A program made the translations under genes and the position numbers. This document shows, one piece after another, positions 48,393 to 57,300 of a stretch of DNA of 64,000 bases (position 1 is the first letter of the stretch; each line of letters opens with the position of its first letter). The DNA is taken from the IMG/VR virus record IMGVR_UViG_3300030085_002431, positions 186,001 to 250,000 of that record, one strand, 5' to 3'. Below the pieces are notes generated by a model, which searched no databases, was not told the origin of the DNA, and was given only the letters and a program-made list of their open reading frames with translations.

Positions 48393-48466
48393 GTCTTGTT
48401 AGCTCAGATGGATAGAGCAACTGCCTTCTAAGCAGTCGGTCGAAGGTTCGAGTCCTTCACAAGACG
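48393..48466 (+). tRNA. tRNA-Arg(UCU)
   Basis: GTCTTGT/ACAAGAC; loop CTTCTAA. Confidence 0.92.
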
Positions 48467-48481
48467 TTATTTTTTAGAAAG

Positions 48482-49084
48482 ATGCTTAATAGACCTGTTG
48501 TAATTAAAAGAGTATTAAAACCTGATTTTTTTTATGATGTGAATAAAACGATTCACCATCACATGAGATGGGCAATCAATAATTATTCAGAAGGTCCAGG
48601 TGATAGTGCCAATGACCCAGTTTCCTGGGGAGTAGTACATAAAAATTGTGAACCAATAATATATAAGGCAGCAACTATAATTAAACTTAAAATTTTACGT
48701 CATATCAGACAAAAAATTCAAATATGTAAGATACACTATAATGCTCAGACTTCTGGGCAAGCATCAAAATTCCATCACGACTTTGACCAAGAACTTTGTT
48801 GGACATTTGTTTTATTTACAGAAAAACATTGGGATACACAATGGGGTGGTGAGTTTGTTTGTCAGCATCCACTAAGTAAAGAATATTTTCATACCCCATA
48901 TATTCCAAATAGTGGTGTGTTGATACCTTCAAGTTGGCAACATTATGGACAATCTCCTTCCGCAATAACTGACAAGGTAAGAACTACACTTGCAATTTGT
49001 TATATGGAAGCAGAAACTTTAGAAGATGAACTTGAACACTATAAATCTAAAGGAGAAATTGATACTCTTCACGAGTTCGTGTAA
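48482..49084 (+). CDS. 2OG-Fe(II) oxygenase
   Basis: FHHD...W...WGGEF...PN.GVL.PS.W.H.G..P.....R. Confidence 0.8.
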   Translation: MLNRPVVIKRVLKPDFFYDVNKTIHHHMRWAINNYSEGPGDSANDPVSWGVVHKNCEPIIYKAATIIKLKILRHIRQKIQICKIHYNAQTSGQASKFHHDFDQELCWTFVLFTEKHWDTQWGGEFVCQHPLSKEYFHTPYIPNSGVLIPSSWQHYGQSPSAITDKVRTTLAICYMEAETLEDELEHYKSKGEIDTLHEFV

Positions 49085-49090
49085 ATACTT

Positions 49091-49588
49091 ATGACGGTAT
49101 CAAAAACTCCTATGGAATATCTTCGGATACAACCTGGAAGAACGGTTCTAGTTCTTAATGCAACTTACGAACCAATAAATTTAACGGACTGGAAAAGAGC
49201 AGTTGTGTTACTCATGAAAGAGAAAGCACAACTGCTTTCTAATACTGTAATAAGACTTGTCAATTATATTAAACTACCATATAGTCTGATGATGAATCAT
49301 AAACCATCAAGGTCTATGATTTACAAACGTGATGGAAATAAGTGCCAATACTGTGGTTCAACAAAAGAACTTAGTATTGACCATGTTCATCCAAGAAGTA
49401 AGGGGGGAAGAGATACTTGGGAAAATCTAGTAACAGCATGTACAAAATGCAATATCAAAAAAGGTAATAAATTATTAGAGGAGTCTGGAATGGTTTTAGT
49501 TAGAAAACCTAGGGCACCATTAAATAAGATTGAATTATCTTTGAACAAATCAAAAAACTCTGAGTGGACACAGTATTTTTATGCCTAA
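49091..49588 (+). CDS. HNH endonuclease (McrA-like)
   Basis: LVLNA.YEP; RD...CQYCG....IDHV.P.SKGG...WENLV.AC..CN.KKG. Confidence 0.92.
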   Translation: MTVSKTPMEYLRIQPGRTVLVLNATYEPINLTDWKRAVVLLMKEKAQLLSNTVIRLVNYIKLPYSLMMNHKPSRSMIYKRDGNKCQYCGSTKELSIDHVHPRSKGGRDTWENLVTACTKCNIKKGNKLLEESGMVLVRKPRAPLNKIELSLNKSKNSEWTQYFYA

Positions 49589-49747
49589 ACTAAGTAACGA
49601 GTTTTATACAGTTGAATATGAACTTCAGGGTGAAAAGAAGTTTGCGTGTTATTTTAGTTTAGAATCAGCACAAGAAGCAATGATGAAGATGATTAAACGT
49701 GGTCAAGTCGTCAATGGATTAGAAACAAAATCCTTAAATGACACCGT

Positions 49748-49805
49748 GTGACACCTGTAGAACCGTCTACAACACCTCCCAAAACCTCTTGGGGGGTGTT
49801 ATTGT
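49748..49805 (+). promoter_or_regulatory. Palindrome-linked promoter with stem-loop (copy 10)
   Basis: GTGACA-N10-CGTCTA; AACACCTCCCAA/TTGGGGGGTGTT hairpin; TATTGT. Confidence 0.6.
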
Positions 49806-49827
49806 ATGTGCATACAAACAAAGGGTG

Positions 49828-49998
49828 ATGACCTATTCTGAATTGCTTCAAGTTATTATTCGCATGTCACCTGAACAACTGAAGCAAGATGCTACAGTGT
49901 ATGATATTTCAGGTGATGAGTATTACCCAATCTACGATGTTAAGTACAACGTAGATGACCACATTCTTGACCCTGACCATCCTTATTTCACTTTTTGA
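49828..49998 (+). CDS. Small hypothetical protein
   Basis: MTY.ELL....M..EQL.QD.TVY...DEY. Confidence 0.6.
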   Translation: MTYSELLQVIIRMSPEQLKQDATVYDISGDEYYPIYDVKYNVDDHILDPDHPYFTF

Positions 49999-50170
49999 TG
50001 GACCCTCGAATTATTACTCGACTGGAACTTATTGTTGACCGTCTTGAATCTGCTTGGTTGACATGTCAAAAGTATCAATCAGACGGTGGATATGCAGAAT
50101 CTGCTGGTTATAGTTGCTCTGCAATGGAAGGCAGTGCCAAACAACTTCGTGACATTATTTCTGAAATCAA

Positions 50171-50461
50171 ATGAACTACACACTCAAAGAACTCCAGCAA
50201 CGTGTGAACAAACTGATTGAACAACAGGGAGAAGATGCACACTGTGCCGCATGGATTTACACCAAGCACGATTGTCATCTAAAGGATGAAGATGGTGAGT
50301 TTGACTATAACAATAACGTAGAAGATCCTGATGTTGTTGAACGTATCTTCGATGATGTTGGCAACGTTGATTACATCTATCAGGTGATTCAAGAATGTGT
50401 TGATGAAGTTGTAGAAGAACAAAGTAAAGAAAGCATCTGTGATGCTTGGTCTTTTGATTGA
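50171..50461 (+). CDS. Hypothetical protein
   Basis: MNYTL.ELQ.RV..LIEQQGEDA.CAAWIYT. Confidence 0.65.
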   Translation: MNYTLKELQQRVNKLIEQQGEDAHCAAWIYTKHDCHLKDEDGEFDYNNNVEDPDVVERIFDDVGNVDYIYQVIQECVDEVVEEQSKESICDAWSFD

Positions 50462-50482
50462 AAACTAACTACTTTTTTTATT

Positions 50483-50782
50483 ATGTCTGCATCTGTTGAA
50501 GTAATCGAAGAATTTATCCGCAATCAAATTGCAAAACCTACTGCTAATCCTACGATTGTTCGTAGTTGGTGGAGGTATGCGAATGAGAGTGGTTATTTTC
50601 ACATGCCACCATCTCATGCTCCTGGTTTCTGCCGAAATGCAAAACAGGCAGGAAAGAATATCAATGAAGAATTTGGTTTTGATGTAATCAAAATGCACTT
50701 CTATGGTATTTGGAAGAACAATGAGACCAAGAACTTCTCACCATGGGAGAAGGACCATGCCAGTTGTGAAGGTGTCCACTAA
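50483..50782 (+). CDS. Hypothetical protein
   Basis: 99 aa ORF in operon. Confidence 0.5.
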   Translation: MSASVEVIEEFIRNQIAKPTANPTIVRSWWRYANESGYFHMPPSHAPGFCRNAKQAGKNINEEFGFDVIKMHFYGIWKNNETKNFSPWEKDHASCEGVH

Positions 50783-50813
50783 ACCCCCCACTGGGGTCAA
50801 AACCGTGTATTCT
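50757..50813 (+). promoter_or_regulatory. Palindrome-linked early promoter (copy 11)
   Basis: ATGCCA-N10-TGTCCA, C-tract, TATTCT. Confidence 0.7.
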
Positions 50814-50836
50814 AAGAGAGTCAAAGGAACAGACCA

Positions 50837-51250
50837 ATGAACACCAACCTCACTCAAGAGAAAATCATCGACCTGATTGAACAGTTCTGCGATGTTCTTC
50901 GCACTAACTACCAAACCTATTCAATCGAGATGCACCGTCGTCACATCACTGCGGGAGATGATGAGACTGGTTATCATCAGAAGTGCATTGATGCTCTCTC
51001 TGAGGGTGAAGGTGTAGATAACTACGTCTACACAAAGGGCAGAAAGTATGCTAAAATTGTGCATGTAGTTTCATCCAGTGGTCAACAATCTGCCCACGCA
51101 TTTGTTGACTTGAAGACTGGAGATGTCTACAAATCTGCCTCTTGGTCTGCACCTGCAAAGGGTATTCGTTACAACCTCGTTGATGAGAAATCTCGTCACG
51201 CAATGTATCAACGTGCAGACTGGGCAGGTTCTTACCTCTACGTCAAGTGA
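50837..51250 (+). CDS. Conserved phage early protein
   Basis: GRKY.KI...S.HAFVD.KTG.VYK.ASW.APAK..RY...ADWAG.YLY. Confidence 0.75.
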   Translation: MNTNLTQEKIIDLIEQFCDVLRTNYQTYSIEMHRRHITAGDDETGYHQKCIDALSEGEGVDNYVYTKGRKYAKIVHVVSSSGQQSAHAFVDLKTGDVYKSASWSAPAKGIRYNLVDEKSRHAMYQRADWAGSYLYVK

Positions 51251-51259
51251 TTGTACCGA

Positions 51260-51535
51260 ATGAGTTACACTCCGCAAGTTGATGACTATGTAAAATGGAC
51301 AGATTCCCTCGGTAGAGTTACTGAGGGATGGGTCTATTTTGTAGATAGTGCTTACATTACAATCGAAGTTGGTGTAAAGTGTAAGACTGATGAAAACATC
51401 AAAGATTGCCCTTTGCATCAAAAAATTCATACTCTTATTTGTTGCTTTCCAGAAAATTGGGAAGAATTAGAGTATGTTACCAATCGTAGAGATGAAGAGA
51501 AAACATCCTATGATAAAATCCCCTCACGTTACTAA
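51260..51535 (+). CDS. Hypothetical protein
   Basis: Y.PQV.DYV.W....EGWVYF....YITIE. Confidence 0.65.
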   Translation: MSYTPQVDDYVKWTDSLGRVTEGWVYFVDSAYITIEVGVKCKTDENIKDCPLHQKIHTLICCFPENWEELEYVTNRRDEEKTSYDKIPSRY

Positions 51536-51823
51536 TGCACGAATCTACTCTTGACTTATTCTGCCAACATGCAGATGAAATTATTGCTGATGAATACGCA
51601 AAAGAAATTGAACTAAAGGCAGCAGAACTTGAACTGCCCGTTGATTATTATATGCAGGAGTTTATGTGATGTTTACTGTTGATGAATTGAGGTATTTGCA
51701 AAATGTTTTATCTGTTGCCAGTTCTTATACTATTGCTAGAAATGAGCAAATCGACCTCCCCACAGTAAAGCATAAAGAACTAGAAAATAAAATTAGAAAT
51801 AAAATCACACAAATGACTGTCTA

Positions 51824-52165
51824 ATGTTTAACTGGGAATCTACAGTTCGACTTGCAAGTGGTTATCTTAAAAAGGTAAATCTCACTGGATATAATACAGT
51901 AGAAGATGCTAATGCTGCTGCAAGAGGTCAAACAGGTGGAGGTGAAGTTCTTATCACTCAGAGAGTGAATGATATATCACCACCACCAATGTATGTTAGA
52001 CATGAACCCGAATGTCATAAAGTATATGAAGAAGTTGACCATTCTTATATGGATCAACTAGAAGAAGATATGTATTTGTATCTTTGTGAAGTCGCAATTA
52101 GACGAGGTGAAGAACCACCATCAGTCGAAGATTTTTATATTTGGTTAGAAGATAATTTTAATTGA
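51824..52165 (+). CDS. Hypothetical protein
   Basis: 113 aa ORF. Confidence 0.55.
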   Translation: MFNWESTVRLASGYLKKVNLTGYNTVEDANAAARGQTGGGEVLITQRVNDISPPPMYVRHEPECHKVYEEVDHSYMDQLEEDMYLYLCEVAIRRGEEPPSVEDFYIWLEDNFN

Positions 52166-52170
52166 ACCCT

Positions 52171-52228
52171 GTGCCACCTGAGGTGGTGTCCACTACCCTG
52201 CCCATTGCCGTGGGTGGGGTGCTATATT
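52171..52228 (+). promoter_or_regulatory. Palindrome-linked promoter with stem-loop (copy 12)
   Basis: GTGCCA-N10-TGTCCA; ACCCTGCCCA/TGGGTGGGGT; TGcTATATT. Confidence 0.7.
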
Positions 52229-52252
52229 TGTTTCACAAACGAGGTCAAACGA

Positions 52253-53488
52253 TTGTTCACACTTCTCCCCTACCAGCAACGTGCCCTCGATGCAGTGCAA
52301 ACTAATCGCAAGGGTTCTGTATTTGTTCCTACTGGTGGTGGCAAAACTGTTATCATGATGGAAGATGCAAAGCAACGTATTGCACGGGCATCTAAACCCC
52401 TCACCTTCCTGATTGTTGCTCCTCGCATTCTCCTCGCAAACCAACTTTGTGGTGAGTTTGAAGAGTACCTAGATAATAAAGATATTCACTATATGCACTG
52501 CCATAGTGGAGAAACTCACCACTTCAAGAGTACAAATCCAGAACTCATCAAACTGTTTGCAAATACTGCAAAAGTTGGTGGTGAGCATTGCTTCATTTTT
52601 ACTACCTACAATTCTATTCATAAAGTCAATGATTCAAAGATTGACGTTGATGTTGTTTACTTTGACGAAGCACATCACTGCGTCAAGAAAAACAACTTTG
52701 TGGGTATTGCTCAGACTAGTGCAGACGCAAATAATTCTTATTTCTTTACTGCTACTCCTAAGTATCATGGTGGAGTTGAATCCATGAACAATACCTCTGT
52801 TTATGGTAACAACATCATCTCTATTCCTGCTCAAGAATTGATTGATGCAGGTAGCATTATTCCCCCTAAAGTTGTATCCTATGAATCACAAGACACCCGC
52901 AGTCGTGAAAATGCTGCGTGGGTCGATGGTAAGAATGTCATTGGCATTTTGCGTGGGATTACTGACACCGATGCTCCTAAAGTTCTTGTTGCATCTCCAA
53001 GCAGCAAGTGCATCTGGGAAATGTTCACTGAAACCGATGTTCTTATTCAACTGAAAGACATGGGTTACACCATCATGCACATCACATCTAAGCATGGTGC
53101 TTACATCGACAAAACCAAAGTTTCCCGTGAAGTATTCTTTGAGAAGATGTCTGAGTTCGGTGCTGACCCTGATAAAAAGTTCATTGTCTTCCACTATTCT
53201 ATTCTGTCCGAAGGTATGAACGTGCATGGTCTGACTCATTGCATCATGCTCCGCAATCTTCCTGTGATTGAGATGGCACAGACTGTCGGTCGTGTTATCC
53301 GTATGCACCGAGATGACCGCAAAGCAATCGCAGAAGGTAAAATGAAAGCAGGTGAGTTTGCTTTCTATAAGAAACCCTGTGGTCACGTTGTTATTCCTAC
53401 CAACAACAACTATGGAGACCGTATCATCAAGCAACTGCAAAACGTTGTTGATACTATCTTTGTCAAGGGTGAAGTTCCGATTGCATAA
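52253..53488 (+). CDS. SF2 DEAD/DEAH-box helicase (type III restriction Res-like)
   Basis: L.PYQ; PTGGGKT; DEAHH; TATP; LSEG; QTVGRVIR; TTG start with SD gagg. Confidence 0.88.
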   Translation: MFTLLPYQQRALDAVQTNRKGSVFVPTGGGKTVIMMEDAKQRIARASKPLTFLIVAPRILLANQLCGEFEEYLDNKDIHYMHCHSGETHHFKSTNPELIKLFANTAKVGGEHCFIFTTYNSIHKVNDSKIDVDVVYFDEAHHCVKKNNFVGIAQTSADANNSYFFTATPKYHGGVESMNNTSVYGNNIISIPAQELIDAGSIIPPKVVSYESQDTRSRENAAWVDGKNVIGILRGITDTDAPKVLVASPSSKCIWEMFTETDVLIQLKDMGYTIMHITSKHGAYIDKTKVSREVFFEKMSEFGADPDKKFIVFHYSILSEGMNVHGLTHCIMLRNLPVIEMAQTVGRVIRMHRDDRKAIAEGKMKAGEFAFYKKPCGHVVIPTNNNYGDRIIKQLQNVVDTIFVKGEVPIA

Positions 53489-53513
53489 ATTATTATGTGT
53501 CACGCATAATATA

Positions 53514-53678
53514 ATGCCATTTACGAAGAAGTTTCCCCGTTCTGGGGATACTAAGCACATTAGAGTTCCAGTTGTTTATTCTGACTTAGTGTTAGAGTTA
53601 ATGGAAGTCTATGACAGTAAGTTTGAGATAGATAAGGGCAAACATTTACTCCGAAAGTATATCAACTCAGTCAAGTAG
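53514..53678 (+). CDS. Small ribbon-helix-helix-like protein
   Basis: TKHIRVP beta-ribbon followed by helices. Confidence 0.45.
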   Translation: MPFTKKFPRSGDTKHIRVPVVYSDLVLELMEVYDSKFEIDKGKHLLRKYINSVK

Positions 53679-53679
53679 T

Positions 53680-53738
53680 ATGCCAGTCCTGGAACTGGTC
53701 TAATCCCCCTTGCCCTTCTTAGGGTGAGGGGTTATAGT
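53680..53738 (+). promoter_or_regulatory. Palindrome-linked promoter with stem-loop (copy 13)
   Basis: ATGCCA-N10-TGGTCT; CCCCTTGCCCT/AGGGTGAGGGG; TTGCCC-17-TATAGT. Confidence 0.7.
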
Positions 53739-53758
53739 GTATTCATACACAGGAACGC

Positions 53759-54349
53759 ATGAAACTTACCACCAACGAAGTTGCAGCAAAACTGAAAGTT
53801 ACTGATTTTTCTGCATTTCAAAAACCTGGCAAGAATAAGGGTGCCCGTGGTCAACTGCTGGAGACTGCTCTGGGTATTAGTAATTCCTCTGACTTGACTG
53901 ATTTGATTGACGGTGAACTGAAATCTTTCACTCAGGGAGAATCTATTGCTGTCACTCAAATTAAACATTGCCTGCATGAAATTATCAGGGATGAAGTTGG
54001 ATTTTATGATAGCAAAGTTGGTGAGAAACTGAGACAAACCATTTATGTTGGTTTCACACGTTCTAATGATTATATTGGAACTGCAACAATTAGTTTCGAC
54101 AGTTGCCCTAAGCATTTCTGTGAACTCGCAGAAGATTATGAATATATTTGTAATGAAATCCGCAATCGTTACAATAACAGTCAAGAACTGAGTACGATTA
54201 CTGGTCCTAATAAATTGCTTCAAATCCGTACTAAAGCAAGCAAGAATAAGTGGGGACAATACACTCCTTTGGTGTATAATGATAAAGTTATGAAAGATAA
54301 AAATATGGCATTTTATCTCTGCACACAATTCGGTAAAACTATTATTTGA
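53759..54349 (+). CDS. MutH/Sau3AI-family endonuclease
   Basis: KNKG..GQLLE..LG...S....D...GELK; E...VT; EDYE.I; LQIRTK; AFY, all diagnostic of the MutH/Sau3AI fold. Confidence 0.8.
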   Translation: MKLTTNEVAAKLKVTDFSAFQKPGKNKGARGQLLETALGISNSSDLTDLIDGELKSFTQGESIAVTQIKHCLHEIIRDEVGFYDSKVGEKLRQTIYVGFTRSNDYIGTATISFDSCPKHFCELAEDYEYICNEIRNRYNNSQELSTITGPNKLLQIRTKASKNKWGQYTPLVYNDKVMKDKNMAFYLCTQFGKTII

Positions 54350-54353
54350 GAAC

Positions 54354-55175
54354 ATGAGAAAACCATTCCTTAAATGGGCAGGTGGTAAAACTAAAGTCCT
54401 GCAACATATTTTGCCCCTTATTGGTAATGTTGACCACTTCATTGAACCATTCGCAGGTTCTATGTCTGTGGGGTTAAATGTACCTGCAAAAGTGTGTGTT
54501 CTGAATGATGTTAATGGGCACATCATCCAACTTTACCAGCATCTTATTGGTGAGGGTGAGGACTTTATTAACTACTGCGAATCCTTTTTTGTGGATGGTA
54601 ATGTATCTGATTTGTATTATGAGAGAAGAACACTATTCAATGAAACTGAGGATAGTAGAGAAAGGTCTGCATTGTTTGTTTATTTGAATCGACATGGATT
54701 CAATGGACTGACAAGATATAATAAGAGTGGTGAATATAATGTTCCTTTTGGTAAGTATAAAAAACCATACTTTCCGAGAGACGAAATGATGGAATTTAGA
54801 TATAATATGCAGAGAAAAATGCTTCTTAGAATGACAGCATTTGATTTTGCAGACCCAGTGTTGTATAAGAATCTTTCTGCTGGTAGTGTAGTTTATTGTG
54901 ACCCACCTTATATTCCGTTGAATGAAACTTCCAACTTCACGGCATATTCTACTGATGGGTTTACTAATAACGACCAAATTAGATTGAAGCAACTTGCACT
55001 TAATCTGAGAAGACAGGGAGCAAAAGTAATCATTAGTAATCACGATGTACCTGCTGCCCGTGAATTGTACTCTGACGCATCTAGAATCATCGAAATTAAC
55101 GTGAGTCGCAGTGTGAGTGCTAAGGGTGGTTCTAGAGGTAAAGTGGGGGAAATCCTAGCAGTTTATGAACCCTGA
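54354..55175 (+). CDS. dam: Dam-like DNA adenine methyltransferase (likely GATC)
   Basis: FLKWAGGK, EPFAGS, YLNRHGFNGL.RYN..G.YNVPFG.YK, YCDPPY; close to enterobacterial Dam motifs. Confidence 0.92.
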   Translation: MRKPFLKWAGGKTKVLQHILPLIGNVDHFIEPFAGSMSVGLNVPAKVCVLNDVNGHIIQLYQHLIGEGEDFINYCESFFVDGNVSDLYYERRTLFNETEDSRERSALFVYLNRHGFNGLTRYNKSGEYNVPFGKYKKPYFPRDEMMEFRYNMQRKMLLRMTAFDFADPVLYKNLSAGSVVYCDPPYIPLNETSNFTAYSTDGFTNNDQIRLKQLALNLRRQGAKVIISNHDVPAARELYSDASRIIEINVSRSVSAKGGSRGKVGEILAVYEP

Positions 55176-55176
55176 T

Positions 55177-55233
55177 GTGCCACATGTTCTAGTGGCACAG
55201 TAAATGAGCACAGACCCCAAAATTTGCTATTCT
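55177..55233 (+). promoter_or_regulatory. Palindrome-linked early promoter (copy 14)
   Basis: Perfect GTGCCA-N10-TGGCAC; TGcTATTCT; near-identical to 58740-58793. Confidence 0.75.
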
Positions 55234-55259
55234 ATAGAAGTCGTCAGGGGATTGCCCAC

Positions 55260-55445
55260 ATGGTCACTAAAACACTCACATTTGAAGAAGAGACCGATTT
55301 GGTTTCATCCCTTTACTCTGCCGTTGCTTATTTTAAGCAGTTGGAAGAAGAATCCATCAATAACAAAGATTATTGGAAGAAACGGATACAAGAAGCACAA
55401 AACGTTGCTGATAAATTTTACGCAGAACTGAAGGCATCACTGTGA
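55260..55445 (+). CDS. Hypothetical protein
   Basis: First gene after the cassette. Confidence 0.55.
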   Translation: MVTKTLTFEEETDLVSSLYSAVAYFKQLEEESINNKDYWKKRIQEAQNVADKFYAELKASL

Positions 55446-55645
55446 ACGCACTGACTGAAATGGAAACTATTCTCAACCTCCAGGATTGTCTGACGGAGAA
55501 GCAACTTACTGCTCTCCGTGACATGGTAGAGTTTTATCGAGATTTTCAAGAAGAGTTGTATGATTATCCTGCTGAAGAAAATCTTTTCACAGGATCACAA
55601 CTCGAACTGTTTCAAATCTTCGATGTCAATCGTATTGACAGTTGA
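55442..55645 (+). CDS. Hypothetical acidic protein
   Basis: GTGA overlap. Confidence 0.55.
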   Translation: MNALTEMETILNLQDCLTEKQLTALRDMVEFYRDFQEELYDYPAEENLFTGSQLELFQIFDVNRIDS

Positions 55646-55881
55646 GATTTGAAATCATATAATTACTTCTGAAGTTTATTTTCAAGACTAAAACAATCAA
55701 TGGAGAACGCAGTCAAGAACCAGATGCACACATCCGTAAATGTTACCATCTATTTTAATGCTGAAATGGATGATTTGGATGTGAAAGATTTTGTAGAATC
55801 TTCTCTTGAAAAGTATTGTCATCCTGATCATATTGTTCAGGATTATGAATACTGGCACTCCAATGAGTCTTGAGTGACGCA

Positions 55882-55950
55882 AGGACAGTTCTAACACTGT
55901 CCACTAAACCCCCCATGGCACCCTTCTGGGTGCTATCATTACGAAGTAAT
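55882..55950 (+). promoter_or_regulatory. Palindrome-linked early promoter (copy 15)
   Basis: AGGACA-N10-TGTCCA; GCACCC/GGGTGC; TATCAT; ATTAC-gaa-GTAAT. Confidence 0.75.
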
Positions 55951-55963
55951 CAATCAAAGGCAC

Positions 55964-56365
55964 ATGTCTGTCACAACCCGACTCAAGGATTCCACCATTG
56001 ATGTCATTCATGAACTGGTTGAAAATAACTATCATGATGGTGACATTTATGAGTTCATCAACACCTACGGTGAAGATGCACTGGAAACTTGCTACGAGGA
56101 TTATGTAGAACTCGGAGAATCTTATTCCTTCGAGGCAGTTGATGTTTTCTGTGAAGAGTTTTCAATCGAAGAGATTGGTAACTTCCAAGATGCTTATTAT
56201 GGTGAATATGAAACACCTGCAATTTTTGCAGAGCAATTCACTGATGACACAACTGCAATGGAACTTCCTAACTATGTTGTTGTTGATTGGGAAGCAACTT
56301 GGGAGTGCAATCTTCGGCATGATTTTATCTGGTCCGAAGGATTTGTTTTCAACCGCAACTTCTGA
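55964..56365 (+). CDS. ArdA-like acidic antirestriction / DNA-mimic protein
   Basis: Very acidic; F.DAY.GEY.....FAE........LP.Y...DWE..W..L resembles the ArdA C-terminal domains. Confidence 0.6.
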   Translation: MSVTTRLKDSTIDVIHELVENNYHDGDIYEFINTYGEDALETCYEDYVELGESYSFEAVDVFCEEFSIEEIGNFQDAYYGEYETPAIFAEQFTDDTTAMELPNYVVVDWEATWECNLRHDFIWSEGFVFNRNF

Positions 56366-56572
56366 TTGATGCAATTTTTAATTACTGAGATTGAGTTTGA
56401 TTTCACTGATGCTTTTGACGGTGAACCAAGTGCAGAATCTAAAAAAGAATTATATGATGATGTACTTGGTGAAGTGTGGGAAGCACATGATGAAGAAGAT
56501 TTAATTGATGAAATATCTGCTTGCACGGGTTGGTGCATTAACTCTATTGATTACAAACACATTCTAAAATGA
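56366..56572 (+). CDS. Hypothetical acidic protein
   Basis: T.IEFDF...WEA.DE.DL..EI...TGWCI..IDY. Confidence 0.65.
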   Translation: MMQFLITEIEFDFTDAFDGEPSAESKKELYDDVLGEVWEAHDEEDLIDEISACTGWCINSIDYKHILK

Positions 56573-56781
56573 TGACTCTCTCCAAAGACAAACTGCAACA
56601 CATTAAAGAGAACTATGCACAACTAATCCTTGACGGGATGGATATGCGTTCCCTTGAAGCATTTGCAATGGAATCTATTCTCCAAAACATGGAAATGTGG
56701 GATGAGAAAGATATTAAGGAAGAAGTTCTTGATTACTATGGGGAAGAAACCTGGAACGATTTGCTAGAAGTAGATGACTAA
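56569..56781 (+). CDS. Hypothetical acidic protein
   Basis: Y...ILDGMD...L..FA; ATGA overlap. Confidence 0.6.
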   Translation: MMTLSKDKLQHIKENYAQLILDGMDMRSLEAFAMESILQNMEMWDEKDIKEEVLDYYGEETWNDLLEVDD

Positions 56782-57097
56782 TGCCTGGGCACTTTTGTGG
56801 GACGAAATTTATCCTAACGGTGAAATGAACAAACCAAAACCATTTCAATCTAATCAATTTGAGGTTGAGAAACAACGAGCAATGTCTAACATTGAAGATG
56901 TAACTAACTCTCAAGAGGATTGGGAAGATTTCTGGTATAATTCTGAATCTGAGGGTAAAGATGTTCTTGAAGAAAATGTAGAGGAGGATAATACTCCCAA
57001 AACATTTTCTTATGATGGTTGGATTCCCAAAGAAAAGTTTGGTATTAAAAATACAAAACAGTTCTTTGAGAAAAATGGAAAACCATTTATGGGTTAA
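56774..57097 (+). CDS. Hypothetical protein
   Basis: Overlaps upstream stop. Confidence 0.5.
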   Translation: MTNAWALLWDEIYPNGEMNKPKPFQSNQFEVEKQRAMSNIEDVTNSQEDWEDFWYNSESEGKDVLEENVEEDNTPKTFSYDGWIPKEKFGIKNTKQFFEKNGKPFMG

Positions 57098-57150
57098 TCT
57101 CAACAGTTTCACATAAACAGTCGATGAGACTGCACGGCATGACCTAAGAC

Positions 57151-57178
57151 ACCTGCATGACCAAAATGCAGGTTTTTT
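57151..57178 (+). terminator. Intrinsic terminator
   Basis: ACCTGCAT-N7-ATGCAGGT-TTTTT. Confidence 0.7.
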
Positions 57179-57300
57179 AGTTTTTGACACCTTTCAAACT
57201 CTAGTCATAGCAAGGGTTCTCATTTGTGACACATGTGAGAATTGCTGTCCTGGTCACTTCCCGCATAAATTAAAGAGTAAAGAATTTTTTATTTTATTGT

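Noticed and set aside
49091-49588. HNH gene as an intron-encoded homing endonuclease
   Set aside because: It is a free-standing McrA-like HNH gene with no interrupted gene or group I intron core around it.
57218-57245. GTGACACATGT hairpin as another promoter cassette
   Set aside because: The left half-site is present, but the right half-site is not at 10 bp spacing and no matching -10 follows. Possibly a decayed copy.
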